Program-made: the position numbers and the translations under genes
In this document: piece by piece, positions 1 to 10,860 of the stretch
How the letters are laid out: each line of letters starts with the position of its first letter
How positions within the stretch are numbered: position 1 is the stretch's first letter
Origin: Sedimentisphaerales bacterium
GTDB lineage: Bacteria > Planctomycetota > Phycisphaerae > Sedimentisphaerales > SM23-30
Length of the DNA: 64,000 bases
NCBI GenBank assembly: GCA_963663805.2
Contig: CAXXMR010000015.1
Location: 105,934 to 169,933, forward strand
Direction: 5' to 3'
The notes under the pieces: model-generated
Seen by the model: only the letters and a program-made list of their open reading frames with translations
What the model was told of the DNA's origin: nothing
Database searches by the model: none

Positions 1-155
1 TCAAAAACAGCCACGAAACACCTAACCAGTACGAAACATACCAACAAACACGCAGGGATTACACTTCACTGAAAGAGACAGTGTTACACCAGCGACAACG
101 TTATACAGCTTGCGTTCGCCACAGCGGCCTATCGGAACGATACGTACTGATACAG

Positions 156-836
156 TTAGTGCGATACGCACCGACGTAACTCAGACAAACGTTTTTCGAT
201 TTCCGCTTCGTGGTCCAGTTCCCGTAACCGCTTTTCCAGCGAAGGACTTACTTCACCTTCTCCGGTAAGGTCAGCCTGAATCTCAAGTTGCGTTTCAACC
301 TCTTCGACATGTGCTTCCAGCCGCGCCACTGCGTCCAGAATACTGTCACTGCTGCCTACACCGCCGCTTACTGTACGTTGAATGTTAGATTGTGTTTTAG
401 CGATTCTTGCCCGGGTTAGCAAGGCATCTTTTTTACAGCGTAACTCATCCAGCTGCTGTTGAATGCGTTTTCGACTGACTTTTGCCCGGTCCAGCGCATC
501 AACCGACCGGTCCAGATTCTGCTGGGCAATGCCCATAACCTTTTCACCGTCGATTTGAGCCTCGACCGCCAGACGAGCCGTATCCTCATCCTGCTTCTCT
601 AAAGCCTGTCTGGCTCCGCGGTTATATTTCTCCAACCGCTGCTGATGCCGCTCCAGATCGCGTTCCGCCTGCTTAACAGCAGCCGATGCCTTGGCTTCTG
701 CCTCACTGGCCTGAACCAGCTGCTTCTCCATCTCTTCGATGAGAATAGGAAATACCCGTTCCGGATCTTCCACCTGGTCTAAAAAGGCTTCGATCCTGCC
801 CATAGTGATTCTGTGGAGACGTTTGAATAGCCCCAT
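156..836 (-). CDS. pspA: PspA/IM30 family phage-shock protein (host gene)
   Basis: 226-aa coiled-coil protein starting MGLFKRL..., with EDPE motif and LDELRCKKDALLTRARIAK; ggag RBS upstream. Confidence 0.85.
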   Translation of the reverse strand: MGLFKRLHRITMGRIEAFLDQVEDPERVFPILIEEMEKQLVQASEAEAKASAAVKQAERDLERHQQRLEKYNRGARQALEKQDEDTARLAVEAQIDGEKVMGIAQQNLDRSVDALDRAKVSRKRIQQQLDELRCKKDALLTRARIAKTQSNIQRTVSGGVGSSDSILDAVARLEAHVEEVETQLEIQADLTGEGEVSPSLEKRLRELDHEAEIEKRLSELRRCVSH

Positions 837-859
837 ACTAATACTCCTTCTTGCTAGGC

Positions 860-879
860 TTCCGACACAATTGTCGGAA
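860..879. promoter_or_regulatory. Inverted repeat upstream of pspA (possible operator)
   Basis: TTCCGACA-caat-TGTCGGAA, 8-bp arms, about 25 nt upstream of the start codon. Confidence 0.3.
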
Positions 880-1176
880 TGACCGACGACGAAAAGCTAT
901 AAGCTTTCCTGATCGTCCATTATACTTTGCCATACCCGCCATCCACAGGCGGCACAAAGCATTACCGGAATACTACCCTTAATACAGGCCAAAACTCAAG
1001 CCTGCTATTCTACTATATCCCTGTAATCTTAAAATGACAAGTAAAAATAATAATAAAAGTACAAATTTTTCGATATCGTCCCAAAGTTTGGGGGTGAATA
1101 GGTAAAATATGGACAATATAGGCTTGAAACGTGATATTAAATTGTCACAAAACAATTTCACGGAGGTTTCAAGCCT

Positions 1177-1680
1177 ATGCAGAGCATTATATCATTAGAA
1201 GTACTGACAGCGGTAGCGGAAAATGGTTTTTCGCTGGATGAATTGGTGATTACTGCCCGTAAGGTGTTTGAGCAGGAAGGTATGCCCGGATTAATCGGCA
1301 TAATACTAAGGCTGGTCGATGAGAATATATCATTGCGATTATGCCAGGGTAAATCTCCCTGGCAGCCGACAGGTTGCTGTGAGCAATCGAGCTACGAATA
1401 TCAGGATCGTCAGGAGCGAAGATTTCGTACCTCCGCAGGCACGGTAAAAATACGCTGGCGGCGTTTACGCTGTCTTAATTGCGGCAAAAGCCTTGTGCCG
1501 CTCAGAGAATTTCTGGGCCTGGATGTATATCAGAGCAAAACTGCCGAATTGGAGAAGACCATTATTGAGGTAGTCAGCGAACAAAGTTATCGTCGCAGCA
1601 GCAATCATTTAGCAACCATTGGCAATATACCCGTAAGCCTTGGAGTCACCAAGATTCAAGCAGACTGTTTTAGCCGATAG
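1177..1680 (+). pseudogene. Truncated transposase N-terminus (ISLre2/ISKra4/UPF0236-like)
   Basis: RRFRTSAGTVKIRWRRLRCLNCG..PLREFLGL..SYRR pattern; no catalytic half, runs into an opposite-strand integrase fragment. Confidence 0.65.
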
Positions 1681-1870
1681 CCCATTGTCCGGGCTTGGCT
1701 GAAGTAGCGTTGCTCAATGTTGAGTGGCACTTCTTTAGCATCATGGCCAGGCATTTCTGGCATGTTGTCATAGTAGACATCATCCGGACGTAAGCCATCA
1801 AGTGACATGTGGGGACGCCATTGGTTATACCAGGTCTGGAATTCATTGCAAAGTTTGATTAGGTACTTGA
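1656..1870 (-). pseudogene. C-terminal fragment of rve-type integrase/transposase
   Basis: EFQTWYNQWRPHMSLDGLRPDDVYY is the YN..RPH.SL.G..P integrase-core tail. Confidence 0.65.
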
Positions 1871-2794
1871 AGCCTCCCCCCCCCCCCCCACTGCCAATCA
1901 CCAACCCGCTCGTTAACACGGTTAGCAAATTTTGAGTTATATTTTGGCTGGAAGCTCCGCTTGAGGCGAGTAATCTCCAGAAAACCAAGGTAAAGGGTTT
2001 AATTTTTGATATGCCCAAACGGTTGCTTGAAAAACGAGAGAAAACAACGCAAAAACGCGAGTATGGCATAAGATATTTATTTATAAAGAGTTACAAAACA
2101 TAGAGCGCAGGCTTTTTTCGTATCCTTTGGGGTCCCGACTTGGACACCAGAGCGTTAATCATTTTAGCAATTCCGAAATTCGTATGTTTCGGGGAGCTTA
2201 AAGAATTCTGGCGAACTTTGTCGCCAGTATGATTTAACGGAAACGCCCGGATATGAAAATAGCCGGGCGTTTTCATAACCTCTTGTTATCAAATAGTTAC
2301 GGCGTTTTTTTGATTTTTCCCGCGCTCTCTGTTTCGAAGAGCACTTTCTAGGGTCCGAACAGAACCATATACGTTATGTCTCGGAGCCCAGAAAATCTCT
2401 CCCAAACTCTCGAAAATTCTCTTTAACAGGCTCTCGGCGCTTAACAGGCCCGTATGCTTTGGGGCCAGGAGTGAAATCGAACTTTTGGGAGTTGAATCCA
2501 TCGGGTTACAGAAAGCATTATACTAATAATCAACTTAAAACCGTTGATTTTGGCAATTACTGTTTTTCGTATTTTTACGAAAAAAAGATCCATCCCACTT
2601 TCAATATAATCCGTTACTACACAACCCGTTACCCCCCACCTCTTTATCATTCTCTTCTCCCCCAAAATTTTCTCCCGCCATTTTTCATTTTCACCGGGTA
2701 ATTGTCTAATAGACGGACTTATTTTTTAACCCGCCAGACAGCGTGCCGGTCGCTCCGCGAAAGTCGTTGTGGGCATCTTCAAAAGGAGACTGCC

Positions 2795-2983
2795 ATGCAC
2801 GATATGCTGGACGACCCGGGGGAGATGACCCCATCCCAAAGAAGCCGTGAAATTGCCGTCATTCTGGCCCGTGGGGTGCTCAGATTGCGTCAATGCCGGG
2901 AAAGCTCTCCAAATTCTCAAGAATCGGGCCACAATTGCCTTGATGAGGTGGCCCAGAAAGGCCCTCATGGGGTCGTTGGTTAA
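2795..2983 (+). CDS. Small protein preceding DUF2924
   Basis: AAGGAG RBS then MHDMLDDPGEMTPSQRSREIAVILARGVLRL; first gene of the recombinase module. Confidence 0.6.
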   Translation: MHDMLDDPGEMTPSQRSREIAVILARGVLRLRQCRESSPNSQESGHNCLDEVAQKGPHGVVG

Positions 2984-3007
2984 CAAACGCGAGAACAGGA
3001 GTACATC

Positions 3008-3499
3008 ATGAACATCGGTAAACAGATCGCTGCATTGCAGCGGATGACGGTCACGGAACTGCGGCAGAGGCACCTGGAGGCCTTCGGGGAGCCCAACCGC
3101 TCGGGGCACAAGGATTATCTGGTCAAGCGAATTGCCTGGCGGCTTCAGGCCCAGAATGAGGGTACGCTCTCGGAGCGAGCCCGCAGGCGGGCGGAGGAAC
3201 TGGCCGACGACGCTGATCTGCGCAGTACCATGCCCAAGATGGCCCAGTGCCCTTCGGGCACTGTCGTCCCGGTGAAAATCGCACCCGATCATGACCCACG
3301 TCTGCCGCTGCCGGGTGCTGTGCTGACACGCAGGTATAAGGGCCGGACTATCAAGGTCTGGGTCAAACCGCGGGGTTTTGAGTACGAGGGCAAGATTTAC
3401 CGCAGTCTTTCCGCGGTAGCAAAGGCGGTCACGGGCACCCACTGGAATGGTTTTCATTTTTTCAACATCCATAAAAAGAACGGAGTCGCTGATGAGTAA
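3008..3499 (+). CDS. DUF2924 domain protein
   Basis: LVKRIAWRLQA..G.LS, PGAVLTRRYKG, GFEYEGKIYRSLSAVAKAVTGTHWNGFHFF. Confidence 0.85.
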   Translation: MNIGKQIAALQRMTVTELRQRHLEAFGEPNRSGHKDYLVKRIAWRLQAQNEGTLSERARRRAEELADDADLRSTMPKMAQCPSGTVVPVKIAPDHDPRLPLPGAVLTRRYKGRTIKVWVKPRGFEYEGKIYRSLSAVAKAVTGTHWNGFHFFNIHKKNGVADE

Positions 3500-5030
3500 T
3501 ACTTTACGCTGTGCCATTTATACCCGCAAGAGTACTGAGGATGGGCTGGAGCAGGAGTACAATAGTCTGGATGCCCAGCGGGACGCGGGCGAGGCCTTCA
3601 TCGCCAGCCAGAAATCAGAAGGCTGGATCTGTCTGCCTGACCGCTATGACGACGGCGGGTTCACGGGCGGGAATATGGAACGGCCTGCTCTCAAACGCCT
3701 GCTGGATGCCATTGAGGAGGGCAAGGTTGACTGTATCGTGGTTTATAAGGTAGACCGGCTCAGCCGCTCGTTGATTGATTTCTCGAAGATTATGGAGGTG
3801 CTGGAGCGTCGTTGCGTTTCGTTCGTCTCGGTTACCCAGCAGTTCAATACCAGCACCTCGATGGGCCGGTTGATGCTCAATGTACTGCTGTCTTTCGCCC
3901 AGTTTGAGCGGGAGATGATCTCGGAGCGGACCCGGGATAAGATTGCCGCCACACGGCGTAAGGGCAAATGGTCTGGCGGCATGCCGCTGCTGGGCTATGA
4001 TGTAAGGGACAGCAAACTACATGTCAATGAAGATGAGGCAGCTCGGGTACGGGGTATATTCGAGCTGTATCTGGAACATCAGTCGTTGCTGGCAACGGTG
4101 GCGGAACTGGACCGGCGAGGCTGGACTACCAAACGCTGGACCACACGCAAAGGAAATAAACGAGGCGGCAAGCCGTTCAATAAGAACAGTTTATTCAAAC
4201 TGCTGACCAACCGGCTCTATCTTGGTAAAATAACCTATAAGGATGAAGTGCACGAAGGCGAACATGCCGCCATTGTGGATACGGAGATTTTTGAACGGGT
4301 CCAGCGTCTGCTCAAGCGTAACGGGCGCAGCGGCGGCAAACACGTGCGGAACCGGTTCGGGGCGTTATTGAAGGGGCTGATACGCTGTGTGCCCTGCGAC
4401 TGCGGCATGGTACATACCCACGCCACCAAGAACAGTAATAAGAGGTATCGCTACTATGTCTGTGCCCAGGCCCAGAGCCGAGGCTGGCATAACTGCCCGT
4501 CACCTTCCGTACCGGCAGGTGAACTGGAGCGTTTTGTCGTGGAGCAGGTCAAGGGTCTGGGCCGGGACAGCAACCTCTTAAATGAGACGCTTGCAGAATG
4601 TCGGCGTCAGCGGGAAGAGGTGATCGGCAAGCTGGAAGTGGAGAAACATACCCTGGAGCGCGAACTGCGTCGCCACAATGCCGAACTGCGGGAGATGGCG
4701 GGCTGTGGCGAGCGGGACGGCGTGACGCTGGCCCGTATGGCCGATGTTCAGGACCGTATCCGCACTGCCCGGCAGCGGGCCACGGAAGTGTCTGACCAGA
4801 TTGCGGCCCTGTCACGCGAGCTGGTAGATGCCCGGGAAGTGGGCGAAGCCTGTGCCCTGTTCGACCCACTCTGGGAGACGCTCACCGCCCGGGAACAGGC
4901 CCGCATTCTGCATTTACTCATCGAGCGGGTGGATTATGACGGGGAAAATGGTACTGTGGCCATCACCTTCCACCCCACAGGAATCAGGACACTGAGCGAT
5001 GAACTTAATCACGAGGAGGTTGCAGTATGA
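3492..5030 (+). CDS. Large serine recombinase (resolvase + recombinase + Zn-ribbon domains)
   Basis: RCAIYTRKST catalytic motif, YKVDRLSRS, SFAQFEREMISERTRDK, CVPCDC...YRYYVC; start at MSNTL overlaps the DUF2924 stop. Confidence 0.95.
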   Translation: MSNTLRCAIYTRKSTEDGLEQEYNSLDAQRDAGEAFIASQKSEGWICLPDRYDDGGFTGGNMERPALKRLLDAIEEGKVDCIVVYKVDRLSRSLIDFSKIMEVLERRCVSFVSVTQQFNTSTSMGRLMLNVLLSFAQFEREMISERTRDKIAATRRKGKWSGGMPLLGYDVRDSKLHVNEDEAARVRGIFELYLEHQSLLATVAELDRRGWTTKRWTTRKGNKRGGKPFNKNSLFKLLTNRLYLGKITYKDEVHEGEHAAIVDTEIFERVQRLLKRNGRSGGKHVRNRFGALLKGLIRCVPCDCGMVHTHATKNSNKRYRYYVCAQAQSRGWHNCPSPSVPAGELERFVVEQVKGLGRDSNLLNETLAECRRQREEVIGKLEVEKHTLERELRRHNAELREMAGCGERDGVTLARMADVQDRIRTARQRATEVSDQIAALSRELVDAREVGEACALFDPLWETLTAREQARILHLLIERVDYDGENGTVAITFHPTGIRTLSDELNHEEVAV

Positions 5031-5449
5031 AAAAACTAACCATCGAACGCCAGGTGCATTTTGGCCGGGGGCGCAACAGCCGCAAGGTAATTCAGGAAGG
5101 GCCACGTCCGGAACCGCGTGGGGAGGGTCGAATACCACGTATCGCGAAAATAATGGCCCTGGCGTTGCGTTTTGAGCGGTTAATTCGGGATGGCGAGATC
5201 ACCGATCAGGCTGAGCTCGCCCGGCTCGGGCACGTCAGCCGGGCCCGAGTGACACAAATCATGAATCTGCTTATGCTGGCCCCGGATATTCAGGAAGAGA
5301 TACTCTTTCTGCCGCTCACTTACTCGGGACGCGACCCCATCCGAGAGATTATGGTCCGGCCGCTTACCGCCGTGCTTGACTGGCGCAAACAGCGGCGATT
5401 GTGGCGGGAGGTGAATGAGTTAGGCGAAGTGGATGGAAATGTGGCGTGA
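5027..5449 (+). CDS. Recombinase-associated small HTH-like protein
   Basis: ATGA overlap with the recombinase; ELARLGHVSRARVTQIMNLLMLAPDIQEEIL and LDWRKQRRLW motifs. Confidence 0.8.
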   Translation: MKKLTIERQVHFGRGRNSRKVIQEGPRPEPRGEGRIPRIAKIMALALRFERLIRDGEITDQAELARLGHVSRARVTQIMNLLMLAPDIQEEILFLPLTYSGRDPIREIMVRPLTAVLDWRKQRRLWREVNELGEVDGNVA

Positions 5450-5806
5450 GTTCGTGGGTGGGGTCAGTTTCGCTACAGGCTCAAAGAATTCATGGTCTGT
5501 TACCACGTCGGTCGTGTTCATCAAGGACGGTAGTATCATCAATCCAAAGCACGAATCTTCTGTATTGAACGACTCCCTCTGCGAATTACTTAAATCCTAC
5601 CATCGCAAAGCTGCGTAACCATTTGCCAAAGCATAAAACTTTGCCGCTACCGGTATGCGCCGAAATCGATATTATGTTGCCAAAGAGCAATGTCAGCACT
5701 AGAAGTGCTGAAAAATCCGATCCAATTTCACTATATTTCTGCTGGCAACTTTCTGAAATTACCGTATTTTAGCTTCGGATTACTTTTTGCCTATTACGAA
5801 TACAAA

Positions 5807-6832
5807 TTAGTCTTCGAACGTTTTTGCATAATCATTATGTGCAAGATGTACCCAACTTAAATAAGGCCCATAATAACCACTAGGACGCGAATAGTATGTA
5901 AACTCCATGGTTTCTAAATTTACGATACAAACTGAGGCCCCAGGGGTTGGGGCTCTGTCAACTCTGCTAAAATCATTTACCCGGCCAACATCTTCAGTAA
6001 ATTCATGTGTGAAGGCTAGGTATTTACTGCAAGGTGATAAAGTTGGAGGTCCACAAGCAAATCGATTTTTAAACAAAAACTCCTTTTTTCTTGTTTGCAG
6101 ATCAAAAACAAATACGCGTTTTTCGTCTTCAGTAACTACAAGCTTATCCTCTCTCCAAAACACCACGGATGAATAATTGCCTGTTACTATTAAGTCTGTA
6201 GCTTCTGTTTCAAAGCTATACGTCATTATACCTTTTGTGCAAACAAAAGCGATTTCCGAATTTGACAACCATGCAGGCGTAGCGCGAACTTTAGGCGAAT
6301 ATCCTGAAACAGAAAGTTTGTCGCTATCACTTAAGTCAACAACCTCAATTGTCGCTGAAATGTCATCTGCTCCTTGAGTATAAATTAAATAATCTTGATT
6401 CGGAGAAAGAGAAAAATCCCAAATGGACACATCTCGAGCTAACACAGACTCTACTTCCAAACCAGACTTCCTGACTATTAAGTCAGATGAATAATGTTCC
6501 CTTGAGCAGTAATATAAATCCCCACAACTACTCAAAAATGCCGACCAGCACTCATTACCGCAGTCTTCGCATATAGTTTCTTCCTTATGCAAATTTGGCC
6601 AACTTAGAACTATCTGGCCAGATTTCTGATTATAAACATTTCCAAATAACATCGCCGAATCTTCTGGTAACTTGAAATTATCCGGCTGAACATAATTAAT
6701 TTTCGATTTTACGCCCCATTTTAACCCTAAAAACATGATCGCATAAGGGCAGAAAATAATTAGACATAGCGAGCCAAAACATATCGAAATCCAAAAAAAA
6801 TATTTTATGGGATATCGTAACAATAATTTCAC
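5807..6832 (-). CDS. Membrane-anchored TolB-like beta-propeller, putative RHS immunity protein (paralog 1)
   Basis: N-terminal TM segment; FSLSPNQ, CGPP, CIVNLETMEFTYYSRP shared with 7549-8550 and 10861-11880. Confidence 0.65.
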   Translation of the reverse strand: MKLLLRYPIKYFFWISICFGSLCLIIFCPYAIMFLGLKWGVKSKINYVQPDNFKLPEDSAMLFGNVYNQKSGQIVLSWPNLHKEETICEDCGNECWSAFLSSCGDLYYCSREHYSSDLIVRKSGLEVESVLARDVSIWDFSLSPNQDYLIYTQGADDISATIEVVDLSDSDKLSVSGYSPKVRATPAWLSNSEIAFVCTKGIMTYSFETEATDLIVTGNYSSVVFWREDKLVVTEDEKRVFVFDLQTRKKEFLFKNRFACGPPTLSPCSKYLAFTHEFTEDVGRVNDFSRVDRAPTPGASVCIVNLETMEFTYYSRPSGYYGPYLSWVHLAHNDYAKTFED

Positions 6833-6899
6833 AACTGGTAGATCCTAATACATATTAAACGCATCGTAAAAATTATTACTTTTTCTTAATACAACAACT

Positions 6900-7302
6900 G
6901 GTTTTCCCAAATATATTCGCAGTGATAACGGGCCGGAATTTGTCAGCCGGTCCTTCAGAAAGTTTTGCTGCACAAATCGGATTCGCCATCGGCGTATCGA
7001 ACCGGGCAAACCCAAGCAGAACAGTTTTATAGAACGGTTTAACCGCAGCTATCGTGAGGACATTTTAGATATGTATGCATTTAAGAACCTGCGTCAGGTA
7101 AGAGATTTAACCATCGATTGGCTAATCGAATACAATTATGATCGCGGCCACAGCTCATTGGAAGGCCAAAGTCCCGTCGAGTACAGCCGCAGTTTTCCCC
7201 CTTTCACCCCTCAGCGTTCGGGTGAAGGGCCAAAAGGGAAAAAACTGCTCTGTGTAACGTGAATTCTCCAGTTTTAACTGTTCAAAGAATGGGGTATTGA
7301 CA
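6900..7302 (+). mobile_element. IS3-family remnant (integrase core C-half and right end)
   Basis: In-frame from 6900: GFPKYIRSDNGPEF...PGKPKQNSFIERFNRSYRE...YNYDRGHSSLEGQSP; ends ...gaatggggtattgaca. Confidence 0.8.
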
Positions 7303-7548
7303 CGGTGAATTAGGAGCTTATGTTCAGATTTATTTCTCATAGCTTAGTAATTCCCAGATATAACCGGCCTGAACCTTGATTTTGGCAGCCAATAGCTGAT
7401 TTGGGCGAGGCTCCACGTGTTTGCCCCTAACAGTTTCCCGGTATCTTTAATACAGTCTCAATATAATAAACATTATAACACAAACAATTCCTTTTAGCTT
7501 GTACATATTATCACCTATTATCAACATTTCTTTTTTGCTTTTACGACT

Positions 7549-8550
7549 TCAGTCTTCGAATGGTTTGTTTACATAATCTTCATACGAAATATGCGTCCAA
7601 CTCACAAATAAACTATAAAAATAATAATTATTAATGTTTGGCCGGGAATAAAAAGTATATTCCATTGTCTCTAGGTTGACAATACACACGGTAGCGCCAT
7701 TATGGGGTTTGTAATTATGTTTTGACCTCTGAAAAAAATCTTCAGGAAGTTTATACGAAAATGCAGCATATTTTCTGCAGGGAGAAATTGCCGCCGGACC
7801 GCATATGGAACCATCATGAAAAAAATATTCCTTATTTTTTGACTGCAGATCAAGTGTGAATATCACGTCATCATCTTCAGCGACCAGAAGTACATTATCC
7901 CGCCAATAGACTACTGAAGAATATTCTCCTTTAGCAATTAGTTCCGAAGATTTATTCTGCAAATCATATAAAACTATACCCCTTAGTTCAACATAAGCAA
8001 TTATCTCATTTGAGATCCATGTCGGTACACTATAAAACAAGACGCCCGGTATTGTATGTTTGCTCCCATTTCCCAAGTTATATATTTGGATAACATTTTG
8101 ATCATCTTGAATTTTTTCGACGTATCCCAGATACTTCTGATTGGGAGATATAGAGAAATCAGGCCAAAAATCTCCTCGCACAATTTCAACTTTATTTCCT
8201 TTGTGCATCTTCCTTATACTGTCATAACCATATTCTGTTCTGCCTTTATAATAATATTCTCCGCTATTTCCACACCTTCCTGACCAGCAGGACACCTCAA
8301 AATCTTCCACAGGAAATTCTTCCACATGCTGTTTGGGCCAGTTCAAAATCAGTTTATGACGATTATCATTATTATAAATGCCCCCTGTTAATATTGCATA
8401 ATCCTCGGGGAATTCAAACTGCTCGGGCAAAGTGTATTCACCCCTCCCATTTAAGTCTCTTTTTAGTGGCAATACCACCTGAATAACTAGAATTGATATT
8501 ACCAGTAAACCCAAGAAAAGAAAATTTTGTTTTTTCCCTTTCATCCACAT
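7549..8550 (-). CDS. TolB-like beta-propeller, putative immunity protein (paralog 2)
   Basis: Immediately downstream of toxin tip 8616-9134; AT-rich; shares motifs with paralogs. Confidence 0.65.
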   Translation of the reverse strand: MWMKGKKQNFLFLGLLVISILVIQVVLPLKRDLNGRGEYTLPEQFEFPEDYAILTGGIYNNDNRHKLILNWPKQHVEEFPVEDFEVSCWSGRCGNSGEYYYKGRTEYGYDSIRKMHKGNKVEIVRGDFWPDFSISPNQKYLGYVEKIQDDQNVIQIYNLGNGSKHTIPGVLFYSVPTWISNEIIAYVELRGIVLYDLQNKSSELIAKGEYSSVVYWRDNVLLVAEDDDVIFTLDLQSKNKEYFFHDGSICGPAAISPCRKYAAFSYKLPEDFFQRSKHNYKPHNGATVCIVNLETMEYTFYSRPNINNYYFYSLFVSWTHISYEDYVNKPFED

Positions 8551-8615
8551 TCGTATTTACTCAATAAAAGTTTTGTAATAATCTTCTATTCACCAAACAT
8601 CATAGGAATCAGTCA

Positions 8616-9463
8616 TTACCAAAGTGGATACTCTTCAGCTACCCAGTAATCATAAATTGGATTTACATCCCAAAAACTTTTTCTCAAACAACAACTTTTC
8701 ATTGCCTCTGCGGTCCAATCCCAGCAAACATAGAATTGTGCTGTACCATCTAAAAAACCCTGTTGATATGGTCGGTTATCCGCAGAAAAGCTAGCAAAAC
8801 TATTTATACAACTAATTATATCATCGCAAGTTGCACACCTACAAGCCTTTCCTGGATTAACACCATATCTTAGAAAACCACTATTTTTTTTAATGAGTGG
8901 ATAAACATCAACTTTATTTGCAGGAAGAGAACCTTCTATCCTATCCTCAGCATGACCGTCAGGACTTTCAATATCTCCTCCTTGACGTAGTTCTCTTTCG
9001 TCATTAAGTCCTGCTAAACCCGTAAGCCCCCATGAACTCCCCCCACACTCGATCCATGAATGAGGATTATCTGTGTCCGTATTGCTAGTTATCCCTCCCC
9101 ATGCAGACTTTAATGCACTTTGTTTTTCTATCATTAAATAGCAACCGCATGAACCATTTTGTCAATCCCCGGCGGATTAGGATATCTATCATAGAATTCC
9201 AATCCCCATGGGTCAGTCAGCATTGTCGGTCTGGACAAGACATATGCGTACAAGGATATATCGGCAGCATACTGAATTTTAGGCATAAAAGACCGCACAT
9301 TCGGGGCCCCATTTTTGTCATAAGCTGCTAAAGCCAATCCATCCTGCACTCCCTGTGGCTCGCGAGTCAAAAACCTACCAGTTTCGGGATCATACATCGC
9401 ATTGGCAAAAGGTACGGCCACAAACAAACATAACAGAATTAACGTCATACATTTCTTAATCAT
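8616..9463 (-). pseudogene. Signal peptide + minimal RHS core + Cys-rich tip, split near 9120-9140
   Basis: MIKKCMTLILLCLFVAVPFANA-MYDPETGRFLTREPQG...SLYAYV...DPWGL, tip continues in ORF 8616-9134. Confidence 0.6.
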
Positions 9464-10402
9464 CAGATTGCTCCTCTACCACGAGTTTGGCTGCAAGTTC
9501 CTGATATTTCCGTTGAAATTCTTTCAGCTTATAATCCATGGCCTTGTGGACATTGGCTATGCGGCTGAATGTGTCCGGCATAAGTTCATAGGCCCGGGCA
9601 TAACACACCAAAGCTTCATCTATCCTGCCGTTATCATACAAACAATGGCCCCGGGTTTCCAGGAAAAGCCCTAGCTCTTCCTCCGGCGTTAGAGAACGCA
9701 GATAGCCGTTCATCTTGACGTCTATATCAGTCAACTTATTCGGCCAATCTTTATAATGTTCATCCGGGTGAGTATCGCAACCGGGACAGCAGGCTTCCAC
9801 ATTGAATACTTCCGTACCATCATCCCAGCGAAAAAACACGTGCTCCCGTGTTAATACCAACTTGAGCGGATACCCCCAAACGTCGACCCACCGTTACGCA
9901 TAGAGTGGGGATAGAGATACAGCCGCCTTTCATTTCGCCGTTAAGGCAGCCATGCAGGAAGAAGTCGCGTGAGTCATGAAAGTCGCTATTCTGCATAATA
10001 TCCTGATCATAGTCAACACCGATAGCGTTTTTCAACGTAAGTATCATATTCACAATCTTGAACAGGTTAACGGAATTATCATATCGCTCAGGGGGCATCG
10101 TAATATGACTGAATGCGCGAAGCGGTATCCGCTTCAATCAGTTTGGTCCATTCATCCAGAGTTGTCAGGCAGGAATTAACATCAAGGTCTTCTGAGCCTT
10201 TAAGCCCTTGAGCACAGAGAAGGTTAACGCGGCCAATATCTAACCGAGATAATTCGGTGGAAGATGAGGTGAGCAGTTGATTGAAGCTGTCAATTGCTGC
10301 GAAAGCTTTTTGTGGGCCTGTTTCCTCAGCCTTAAGTGGTAGCCATATTGCTACGAGAATAATCAATACTACAAGAAAGTTTAATTTTGCTGGAATGGTC
10401 AT
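9456..10402 (-). pseudogene. Transglutaminase-like/SirB1-type protein with TPR tail, split over three frames
   Basis: Signal-like start MTIPAK; LDIGRVNLLCAQGL, FLHGCL..GGCISIPTLCVTVGRRLG, HVFFRWDDG, TPR-like tail; shifts at G5/C5 runs. Confidence 0.6.
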
Positions 10403-10434
10403 TCTAATCTCTGGTACAATAGGGTTGCCGCTAC

Positions 10435-10650
10435 GATGATCTTCGGCCAAATTGCCAGCATCATTGTACGAAACGGTTGTTCCGCCGACAGTATCGTATT
10501 CATTGGCAATATTAGGCGAATACACAATATCAGTCCCGTTATTATGAGTTAAGCGATTGCCTAAGGTGTCGTAAACAAAGGTTTCGTCCGAATTAATATG
10601 GCTGCTATGATAATCGCTGCCGGTGACGCGGTCAAGGGTGTCGTAGGAAT
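10435..10650 (-). pseudogene. Short RHS repeat remnant
   Basis: SYDTLDRVTG..ETFVYDTLGNR..NEYDTVGG..YNDAGNLAEDHR. Confidence 0.75.
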
Positions 10651-10860
10651 TATGAAAAATGTACCGGGGACATTAAATTCTCCCGAATTCTCCCGTACAC
10701 CTTAAATTCTCCCCATGGTCAGATGCTACTTAATCCTTGTGAAGAATAAAGTTGTGGTGCCACAGCGGCAACCACGTCGGGACGATTATAACATAATTCG
10801 TCCCGGAGCATCTGGCTTTCATAGTTTCTTAAATTTTTCCGGGTGTAGTTGGCCGGAACC

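Noticed and set aside
1876..1889. C14 homopolymer as a contingency locus
   Set aside because: Lies at the edge of transposase debris, not in an intact gene or evident promoter
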